The translations under genes and the position numbers were made by a program. Below, one piece after another: positions 14,979 to 25,524 of a stretch of 64,000 nt of DNA. The notes under the pieces were generated by a model. That model had not been told where the DNA came from and made no database searches. It saw only the letters and a list, made by a program, of their open reading frames with translations. Location: assembly GCA_009103225.1 (NCBI GenBank), contig RHPI01000461.1:44545-108544 (forward strand), read 5' to 3'. Origin of the DNA: Chlorokybus atmophyticus (Eukaryota; Plantae; Mesostigma and Chlorokybus algae). Numbering within the stretch: position 1 is the stretch's first letter; every line of letters begins with the position of its first letter.

Positions 14979-15391
14979 AGCTAGCATCTGACTACGGACC
15001 AGGCCTGGCCTGGTCCGTAGTAAGTGCTAGCTGAGCTGCCTGTAAGTCTATCAGCACCTTGCCGCCCTCATGTCGGAGGGACCGTCATTGCGGCGGCTAT
15101 CCCGCGCAGGATGCGGTTCGCCATCCTGACCTTCCTGACCATCCATAGGCTACCCCTACTCTCAGTCGCCCGAGGCCAGGCCAGGCCACGCACACCTCAC
15201 ACAAGCAGCTACGTACACCGACCAAGCTACTCCTGGCCTGGCCGCCACCGCGAGCTTGCTACTCAGCCTACTCTAGTGCTACAGCAGCCGTACCAGGCCG
15301 AAGCAGCACACGGTCTGCTCTGGACCTCGCTCCCGACCCGACCCGACCAGGCCGGCCCACACCAGACCAGGCCAGGCCCGACCAGGCCAAA
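14979..15391. repeat. Hairpin plus CCAGGCC-rich element, possible non-autonomous transposon
   Basis: Perfect 14-bp stem ACTACGGACCAGGC / GCCTGGTCCGTAGT (14991-15021, 3-nt loop) flanked by GCTAGC on both sides. About 10 CCAGGCC motifs occur in both orientations up to 15391. Confidence 0.45.
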
Positions 15392-16267
15392 TTAGGCGTT
15401 GATTGATATCGACGCTAACAGTTAGCGATAAACGTGACAGGTCAATCGGGCTTAGCACATCAGGCTCGACGAAAAATGGAACGCAATGGGACTTGGTGAC
15501 CCGGATTGGGATCTCCCGCCACACGAATTAGGGTTAGGGTTTTGGCGGTGTGGGCGACGTGGCTGAAGCTGAGGGCTGTCGGCGGCGGTGTAGGCGTAGG
15601 TGGGCGTGGCGGCGTTTGGCATAACTGGGTGCGACAGGCGCTGGAGGATACTGTTGGTGAAGCTGGAAATTTTGAGTCTTGAGGTGTGGATATTGTATGC
15701 ACGCGGGTGGTGACATGCGCTGCGCTCAAGGTTGCTGAGCCCCGGAGTGCCATGGCACAGGTAAGCATGCATGAGTGTCCGGTCAAATCTTGAAGTCATA
15801 TGTCTTGATTTGTCTCACTCTGAGGGAGCAGCCTCCAAGTGTTGGGCTCTAGTTGCGTGCTCAAAGCAATGCTGAAAAGCGACAGCCCTAATTACGGCAT
15901 GCAACGAGTGTGTATACCGCTGCACAGCAACATCTCAGATTCTTATGTTGGGATGGTGTTTTCGCATCAATGCGTAACGAGCATATCTAGACTTAGCAGC
16001 TTGCTGCTGGGATCGTTTTGGGACTTACGCAAGTGAAGACACAGCCTGCCTTGCTGTTGTTGCATTTCTTTTCCGCTCGGTATGCTACATGGTGAATACT
16101 GTTTTTGGCCAACAATGTTAATCTGAAGTTGTAACAGATGTACAACTTTTCTAGCTTGCATGCTTTCGTGCCAGTTGGATTGCAGTGTCTTAATCATGCA
16201 AAGATTGGTCAAAGTCGCTATTGCGTCATTTTGCATGCAAGCTTTGCAGATAATTAGTGTGCTCAAT

Positions 16268-18798
16268 ATGGATTGTGTACAGGATGATGATGACGATGTT
16301 GTGATCGTCGACCCCGTGTGTGCCGCCGCTGATTGGACAAACGCTCGTGCTCGAAAGCGCACTTCAAGTTACCAGCAACATGCAAGTACATCAAATGGTG
16401 CAGCGCATGTTCACTGCACAGCCAATGGTGTGCATGCGCATGCGAATGGCCACCCGCATGCTCAGCAGCAAGCACCAGATGCTAACGGTTGGCAGCGGTT
16501 CTATCCCATCTTCTCTCAGCAAGCGCGCAACCATACATCGCACTCAGCACACGCAATACCGATCACATCAGGTGTGTGTGAGGTTCACTCAGGTTGTGGT
16601 TGGTGCGACGAGCAGTGTGTTTGATGGAAAGGTCATCACGTGTGATTGACATGCAGGTGCTGCCAATGGCAGGCCAACAGGCAGTCAAGCAGCACGCAAA
16701 ACTCCTCATGCCTCGACACCACAACAGCAAGTACCAACAACTGCCCGCAGACCTTTTGTAACACCTTTTGCAGCTGGCTTGCATGCGGATGCACAGGTAC
16801 GCCTGTTACAGGTTGTCCTACACATGACAGTGCTCTGACTTGACATAGCATAGTAACATACATGTTACATCTCGTCAGCAGCGTTTGCATGAAAACAATG
16901 GAGCCTCGTTGGCGAGCGAGTCTCAAAATAGCACGATGTCACGGAGGCGCAAGATGGAGCATGCAGCTGCCGGGCCGACCAGATTGGGCGCCAGGACCGG
17001 TGTGCAGGTTGATACAGAAGAGTCTGAATCAGAGGACTCATATGAAACCGCAACCATGAACAGTAGCAGCAATGGCGGACGTTCAAATGGTTTTGCGCAG
17101 CGGTCTCCTGTCCCTCCTCCGGCTGATGTACAGGTGGTTGAAAATGTTGTATGTTGCAGGTGGTGTCAAAGTTGCATGTGTATGCGTGCTTATGCTTGCT
17201 GATGCAATGTTTTGCGGGCTGCGCAGGACTTGGACAGCGATGATAGTGATTCGGACATTGCAGAAGTGAGCTTAGGAGCACAAGCAGAGCTTAAGAAGCA
17301 GTGGGAGAAAGCCAGGGAAGCCAAGGAAACCCGTGTACATCAATCACCACCAGCCCAGCACAGGTAAAGACATGCTCGCTGTTGAAAGGTGTCATGCAGT
17401 CACTGTGACATGCTTGGCGTCAAGGGAATTCCAAGACATGCACCTCATACTGTGTTTGCGCAGGCATATACTGGCATGCACCTGCAATATCACAATGAGT
17501 GCTTACACACTGTCAACTTTGCAGGTCTGACCATGATACTCCTATGCCTGCAAGCCCGTTTATAGTGCCACCACCAGCACCAGCTTATGCACCAGCACCA
17601 GCACCAGCAGCACATGTACATGCACAAGCACATGCCCCCGCACACGCTGCTCCTGCACCCTTCACCACAGCACATGCATTGGACTCCAAAGCCACCCCCG
17701 CGCCAGCAGTGGCGTCGACATCAGCGCAGGCGCCGGCAATGGCGGAGGCGGCTTCTCGCAGCTCCATGCCAGCTAGCATGAGCGGATACACACCGTCCCC
17801 GTCCCGCCACGCAGCACCAAGTGGAAGTGCACCTGATGAGATGAACGTGGATGCCTGGTTGAGACCGGGTGAGCCGGAAGTAATGTTGGATCGAGAGGTG
17901 CTGTTAGCGAGTGACGAAAGACGTTTGGCTGATGAAGAGGAGTGGGAAAGGCGCCGGATAGAAATACAGCGACAGGTGTGTTCATGTGCAGAGTGATACT
18001 CTTGCAATTTCAGTGCGTGGTCTGCTCCTCTGCCGTCCGCGATGTTTCACACGTTGGTTTCTCTTGTAGGCTGAAGAAGTGCAGCAGCTTCGAAAGAGGA
18101 AAAAGGCCGAGGCTGAGAGGAATCGACAGATGGCCGAGCGACAGGAGCAAAGGCTGCTCGAGTATAGACAACAAGTTGCCAAGGTGCAGCATAACAAAAG
18201 CTCGTATTAGCTTCTACAAGCTTCTTGCAAACCAAAGCTTATATGCCATGCTGTAATCCATACCATACTGTGCTGTACTTCAATGTTGCTACTGTAATTG
18301 TTGACTATACTCTGTACTGTAGTATGCTTTCCAACTGTACTAGACTATGCTTTCATCACGTTGTTGGCTCATTTTCACCTCTGTTAGGCTGCGAATGAAA
18401 ATGATACGCGGGAGCGGATACGAAGCAGCGTGCTGGCCGACCTCAAGCGCAGGACAGAACGCTGCTACGACCTTGCGGGAGTGCTCCGAGCATTGGGTAT
18501 CCCTGTCGAGGGCGGTCCACTACCCACCAAACAGCAGGTACCTTGTCACATGCGCGTACACGTGTTGGTGTTAACTCGCATACAGTGTCACGCATGGTGC
18601 TTTTGGGATTGAGTTGGGTTATAGGCTAAGCTGCCCGCAGTCTGACTACTTTTCATTCCATGACAGTTGCAATCTGGGTTCAAGAAGGCTCTGTTGAAAT
18701 TCCATCCCGATCGTCATAAAGGCGAGTTGCAAGACCAAGTGCGCGCGGAAGAGTGTTTCAAGCTGATCAAGCGATGGCAACAGAAACAGCCGTTGTAG
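16268..18798 (+). CDS. Protein with a long low-complexity N-terminus and a C-terminal J-domain-like (HPD) region
   Basis: In-phase exons include DSDDSDSDIAEVSLGAQAELKKQWEKAREAKE, LDREVLLASDERRLADEEEWERRRIEIQRQ, VLADLKRRTERCYDLAGVLRALGIPVEGG and LQSGFKKALLKFHPDRHKGELQDQVRAEECFKLIKRWQQKQPL*. This resembles a green-plant family with a C-terminal DnaJ-like domain. The start codon is a best guess. Confidence 0.8.
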
Positions 18799-19927
18799 CG
18801 CTGAGTGTAGCCTCTATAGCCTACTATAGCCGTATCTCTGTATGTACATATTGTATAAGGCCGAGCTGGCTGGTATATTGCTGGTGATTCACATTGAGGG
18901 TGATAAGGTCTATGATTGGGCCAGTTGTACCCTTGTTGTGCGCATCAGGCAGTCGTGCCTTGCACTGCTGCATGCCGGACACGGCTTGGCAATCTCTCTC
19001 ACTCTATACTATGTCAAACGGTCACAAGGTCCCAGTGTCATAACGCTAACTCAACAACAGCTTAGCAATGCCACTTCAAATCTAGGTATAGGTCACTGCA
19101 GAAAACAATAAATGGACCGTTGGACATGCACACAGCGTTGGCAATATGATGATGGGAAGTAGAGGTTAAAGGGTCATGCTGCAGTGTAGAGAAGAGAGTG
19201 GTCATGGTACTACCACCGTTTGCCAAGCTAGATGGTTGTTGTTAGTAGGTGTCGCTTTCAACTAGAATGCACTTTATAGCAGCCTTGCCTGAAGCACCTC
19301 AGCAGCAAAGGGTGAGATCTTTGTACCTGGCAACTTCTTGTCATTATGTTGTGCTATTGTGTGCTTAAGCAATGGAGCATAGTGTCATTGACGTTGATTG
19401 CATTATCCAGTCCAAGCGCCTGCACAGCTATCTGCTCGCATGTCAAGTACAAAGCAGGTAACCGCACGGCATTCTGCATAGGCACAAGGAGCAAGTCGAA
19501 TCAGGTTCTCGTGTCTCTGCATATGCTGCATGTCTGTGCAGCAGAAACATGTGTGCGTCAACAATGCTTGTGCGTACACCCACACACTTGTGCACGCATG
19601 CGCATACAAGCGCTTATCAGCACTTTGCAAGCAGCCACAATCAATTTGCTGTTGACCCAAACCAACTTGGTATTGGTATTGGGAGCTTCCACAAAACGAG
19701 CGCAATCATGCGCGACCACGCTCGCTTATGCACATATATATGATGCCTCGTGTGTGTGTACCATGCACTGCTCCTGCTGACAAGGCTGACAAGGCTGTCA
19801 AAAAGCCCCTAACTATGCACACTCACTGCGTTTTCGTCAAACACACGACGTGCATCTCAGTCTCATGGTAGTTGTGTTGGGTCGGTGAATTGATGTGAGG
19901 GAGTCATTGGTCATTCACACATCACAG

Positions 19928-21062
19928 TCAACCGGAGATGTTGGTGAATCCCTTCCACACGCTCTGGTCCATGCGCTTGACCATGGCCTTGATCTGCTGG
20001 CCGGGACCCACCTCGAACATGTCCTTCTTGCCGGCCTGGATGAGGGACTTGAGGGTGGACTCCCACTGGACGGGCTCGACCAACTGCACAAGACAGACTA
20101 GTCAAGACATTCACAGGCAACGCAGGGAGACTGACACGCATGCATCGCGGTGCGTGCACACTGCGATGCATCTGTGTCACTCTCTTGTCTGCGTGCGCGC
20201 ACATGTTTGCGTGTGTTGCGCATGCATGTGCCTTCCAAAAAGTCTGCTCCACCAGCACATATAGGCCATTGGCAACTACCGATGTGTGGCATGCACAAGA
20301 CACACACACACACATACCATACCTGTCTGGCCAGCAATTCGGGTATGCTCTTCCCGTCCGGGAACGGTTTCCCCGTCACGTTGCTGTAGACGGGGATCGC
20401 GGGATCGTGCCACGTAACCGCTGACAGCGCCTTGGACAACGCCTCACTCGCGGGACGCATCAGGGAAGTGTGGAAACCGCCACTGACCTGGTGTGTGTGG
20501 GGGGGGGGGGACACAGAGACACATATAAGCACATGTCCACATGGGAACAATGTTCGTGGGAAGGTGGTGTGGTGGAGTTGATGTGCAGTGTGGCTTCGCA
20601 CACACCTCTAGGAGAGTTGCGCGAATGGCGCCCTTCTGTATCGCCAGCTTGCCAAAGGCATCCAGCGCAGCCTGCGCAGGTGGTTGCAAGTGTCAACACA
20701 TTAATTGTCGTTGCTGTTGTTGTAGTTGCTACTGTTTTTGTGTCAACGAGACGCACACCTTGTGTCCTGAGACGACTCTGCCTTGCGGGAAGAGGTAGTT
20801 GGCGACCTCGAGCACGGTGTCCGCGGGGAGGCTCTTCTTCGCCTGTGTGTGTAGACATTGCATGTTGGGTGTACCACCACCAACCACAGCAACAACAACA
20901 ACAACAACAACATCACACACCTGGTCAATGAGTGGGCGTATGTCGGCGTCATCGAGGCCGATGACCGAGAGCATCTTGTGCGGGCGGCCGAGCTGCGCCG
21001 CCGCCGCCATGCTCTCAGCACGCACCTTGACAAGCTGCAACAGCAACAAAAATGGTAAGGAC

Positions 21063-21098
<36 letters not shown>

Positions 21099-21599
21099 GT
21101 ACACATACCTTGAGGGCGTCCTCGAAGGAAAGAGCGCCCGCGAACACGAGCGCCGGGTACTCGCCCAACGACAGACCCGCCGCGGCGCTGCATCGCTCGA
21201 TCTCCACGGGCCTGTCGGCCTGTGCCAACGCCACACAAGTCAACATGTGTGCGTGTGTCTGTGACAAGTGCTTGCAACACCTTTTACTCATGCACACACA
21301 CTCCCTCACCTTGATCAGTTCGACGGCTGCGAGTGCGGCGATGAGCAGCGCGGGCTGCGCGTACTTGGTGTCGTTGAGCTGGTCAAGGGGACCCTTCGCG
21401 ATCAGCTTCTCGATGTCGTAGCCCAGAACCTCCTTGGCTCTGGACAGCATGGACTTCACCGCGGGGAGACGCAAACTCTCCTGAGACATCATGCAACAAA
21501 GAACACATGATGTGAGATAGTCACTCGTTTGTCAGAGGAACAGGTTTTGTCTTCCTGCTCTCTGGGAGAACCCAACAACACATGCTCAGATGCACGCGT

Positions 21600-21646
<47 letters not shown>

Positions 21647-22792
21647 AAAAATCTTCACCACCTTCAGCATGCCGATCGCTTGTGACCCCTGCCCCGGAAA
21701 CAGAAACGCCACCGGACTGGCCATATCCTTCGGCCCAACCTTCACACTATCCCCACCACTGTTGCCAACACCATTGTCGTTCTCCCCCTTCTTCCCTTCC
21801 ATCTGTTCCCTCCACGCCTTGACCTCCTCCTCCTCCTTCCTCCTCAGCTCAATCTCCGGATACGGGTGCTTATACTCCTTGTCCCACTTCTTGATGGTAT
21901 CCAGCCCATAGTCATGGAGTGCCCACCAGTCGCCGATGTCTTCATGGGGGTCCCTCACCTTGGGTGTGGAGGAGTGCTTGGCGTCGAGGGACTTGAGAGA
22001 GGATTGGATGGAAGGGTTCCATTGGAGCTGAAAGGGGAGGTTCTCCCCAGGGTGGATGTAAGGGTCGTAGTCTTTGGTCTTGAGGGTGGGGTCGGCGCCT
22101 TGGGACTGAGGGGGTGGGTGGGTGGGTGGGTGGTGGATGAGAATATTTAGCAAGGAAAGATATGTGTGTCACTGACTCTTACCAGGAGGTACTCGTAGCA
22201 TTCGATGTAGCCATCGATGTGAGCCAAGTAGGCGCAACGGTGGAGAGCGGTCAGGCCGTTGGGATCCCTCTGCACACACAATGCCTCCCATCAACATCAT
22301 TAACACACAACGACGATAGCTACAATGGCCACCACCACCACCACAACAACGAGTATGGTTTTGTTGTGAAGGGGCCAGGGGGAGGAGACAGTGCTGATGT
22401 TACAACAAGATCAATCGCAGCACAGCCGTGTTGTTGCAACAGCAACAACAATGCACTGCAACTGATGACGGTTGGGTTTGAGTTGGGAAGGGGGAGAGGC
22501 GAGGCGGGGGAAGGGGGGGAGTGTCACAATGCTGCTGTTGTAGGGGAGAACGAACCTGGTTGACATCGGCGCCTAGGGCGAGTAGGTGCACGATCATGTC
22601 AATCTGCTTGGACGTGGCAGCAAAGTGTATGGGCCCCCCCGCTCCGCAATCCTGCGTGACATAGTACTCGTCGTCCTTCATGATCTTCGCCAGGCCCTCC
22701 GGGTCCGCCTTCCTCACCACGCTGAAGAACTCGAACGGAGTGTGCTGGAGTTTGGGAGGGAACCGACCCGTGTAACGCATGTCCCTCGGCAT
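19928..22792 (-). CDS. Ankyrin-repeat / malonyl-CoA:ACP transacylase (FabD/MAT-like) fusion protein, intact, about 9 exons
   Basis: Exon 1 (22792-22556) and exon 2 (22269-22183) carry ankyrin motifs (GGPIHFAAT...GADVNQ-RDPNGLTALHRCAY...YEYLL-SQGADP). Later exons carry AT motifs VAFLFPGQGSQAIGM, LNDTKYAQPAL, AAAGLSLGEY (catalytic Ser), VANYLFPQGRVVSGH, VSGGFHTSLM, VYSNVTG, RQLVEPVQWE and EVGPG, ending in TGA at 19930-19928. Confidence 0.92.
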
Positions 22793-23089
22793 GGCTGCTG
22801 ACCGACTTGTCCTACGGCACCGCCGCCGCCGCCGCCGCCGTGTGGTTGTTGCATGCGGCCAAGTGCCTGGCCGCAGTGTGTCACATGCACAGGGCGAGAA
22901 AGGCTCGATATCGGATCCTGGTAGGGGGTTAGGAAGTTTGTCCGGAGTGCTGGTGCGATATCGGGCTCCGCAACTAGCACCCGTTACGTAGCAAAGGGCG
23001 CGAGAGGAGAGGTCGCCGATCGACTTCCCTTTCCCCCTCATCATGATGTCATTTAAAGTCGACACTGGTGTACCACGCTATATGTCATG

Positions 23090-25380
23090 TGAATGGTGAC
23101 TGACCATTGCTGAGGTTTTACTTGCGATTTATACTTCTATTCGTTTTAGGAGCTTAGAATATTCTGCTAATTGTACGAAGCACTGGTTGCATGCCAATAA
23201 CATGTCATTTAACGCTTATACTATGAGAAAGTTTTTTAACTCGTTACAAGTGACTCAACCATTGTGAGGACATTATGGCTGCTAGATTATGTGACTCACA
23301 TAAGTTGTGTAATATATTTCTTGCGTTGACATGATATATATACATATATGGAAGAACATGACAATACAATATATATTCTGATAACGCTAAAAGCGCCACG
23401 TAATGTAGTTGGAGTCATTGTGCAATGTTCGTATATAGTTATATTATACATATGCTATGGTATCGCGCGTACCCATTTTCAAGACAATTTACGTTATTCC
23501 AAAATAACCAAATACAATGAGGTAAATTGCTGACTTGCTCACACAGCACATTGCGAAGTGAGTGTGATCAACATAAGCATGGCACTATAACTACTACTAT
23601 GACAATTAAAATACTCAACGTTTGCATTATATAGCAAAGCAATGTTATAAGTACATTCACATTGCAATGTAATGTATATTAAGATTACTTTACATAAAGT
23701 ACACAATATGACATTGACTGATTTGCTTTCACCATATTAAAAGCTGACGGTAATGTACCGCCACAGCTGTAGCATGGTGCAATACCTCAATGTGATGAGC
23801 GTCATTATACTCATGTTGCAATTGATTTTTGCAATTCACAAACAAACGGTGGTGTAATACATGCGTGAGTTAAATATTATCAAAAGACAACATGCAGCAG
23901 TGCCACATGTAACATGCGTATTACGTTGCCGGCATGATGTGAGTACTACTCTATTGCGATGGACGTGATGGAAATAATGCACGGGCCGCAACATCTTGCC
24001 ATATGAGTAGCGCAATACAAGTCAACTTTTACAGCTTGTCAACACTTGTTATGGAAAGTTGTTGGTGGATTTATTGATGAAACTCGTACAGTCATACGAG
24101 CATGGTTTTCGCATGTGCAATGCTGTCAAACGCAAACATGTGATGAGTATGCTCGTGGGTTAAGATAAACTAATATAACACACGTATAATTACGTTATCA
24201 ACTTGTCCCTTACATACATCATAATGATTCATTTTACAAAACGTACCAAGCTGCTCTTATAATAATATCACTTATTTATGATTTGGTCGGCTTTGCAAAC
24301 TTATGCACAAGCAGGGATTTGTAGGATGTCCTGCCAGTACCACCCGTAAATCACGCATTTGATGTTGCCGCTCAATGCTAAGGGAGGAGAGGATGGCCAT
24401 TAGCCTCACCACGCAGCGCAAGCCCCAAGGACAAATGCCGAGCACACCCACAACACCATAGTACCACACCCCATTGTGCGTGGTATTGTGACGACCTGAA
24501 GGGATGAGGTGGAGAGCCTCGGCAGCATTTAACCGTTAGCTGCTAAACCAAGCACCCCACGCATGATTGGCCCTCTTGCAAGGCGAACACACACTGATTA
24601 ATGTACTCCTCTCCACTTAAGGATGCAACTTAGCATTTATACCACTGCTCTCCCATCCTGACACACAGGATATCCACCTAGGCCTTTGTCACTATGCGCT
24701 GACCTTGCTCCTCATTGAAACCGTTGGCAACAACTTTACCTCGGTAGCATTAACCCCCTTGATCTGTAGCAGTTATAATTCCACCTCGGAACTAAGGAAG
24801 TAGGCTGTCCGATAGCCCATATTGTAACTTAGGGCCCTATACACTTGCATGCGGATTGCCCATAGGCATCATTTGCGGGTGTCACATCAATAGCAAACTG
24901 CACTACCACAATTTGAATGCAAATCATATGGTTTGCCAACGTGGCTTACTGTCTTGCTACTGCCGATCTTATAGCTACTCACCATGCGACACTCATGGCT
25001 CTCATGCCATGAGCATCGATGCACTTCGTGCTATAGCCCTCATCATTGCCTTGCGGTTTCTATACCCAAGGCTCATAGGCTCAAGAACGGACCGCATGAG
25101 AGTACACCATAAGCACTACACACGCTTATAACATTGAACATCCCACTTGATCTCTATTCAATGTCAATATCAGGAACAAGTACTAACTTTCGCCAGCCCC
25201 GTAGGCGTGACAGCAACCTCATTATGACAAGCCATGAGACACTATCCTATTGTTTATACGTTACGCGTGCCTTGGGTTGATAAGCTTGTTGCCGCAGGTG
25301 ATACATGTCATGGCAATACTGTCACGACAATGGTAGTAACCATCTTGTTGGGGCTACTATCTCTTGTTCACCGCTTGATC
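23090..25380. other. AT-rich, ORF-poor island, probably decayed transposon-derived DNA
   Basis: Visibly lower GC than the flanking genes, with many TA steps and stops in all frames. No recognisable domain. Confidence 0.4.
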
Positions 25381-25524
25381 TAACATGCCCTACCTTTACA
25401 GTCATTCATACCCTGATCAGATCGCTCTTGAAGTACGCAGCTCACTTGGGCTGTACGATCAGCACTTAAGTCAGGCGCAAACCAAGCACGCGCATGCGTT
25501 CGCGCGAGCGTGCGTGCGTTGTAC

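Noticed and set aside
18796-18804. Possible TAA/TAG-to-Gln genetic code (as in some ulvophytes), suggested by TGA stops in several genes and TAG CGC TGA after the J-domain gene
   Set aside because: No in-frame TAA/TAG occurs at conserved positions in QCR7, ARP6, Ank-MAT or ATPase C. Gln is encoded by CAA/CAG, and the sequence after the ATPase TAA is not frame-conserved among copies.
22793-23065. N-terminal extension of the Ank-MAT ORF (MSTLNDIMMRG...RRRRRRR)
   Set aside because: It includes a (CGG)n run and looks like 5' UTR or promoter, and the ATG at 22792 has a better context. It cannot be fully excluded without transcripts.
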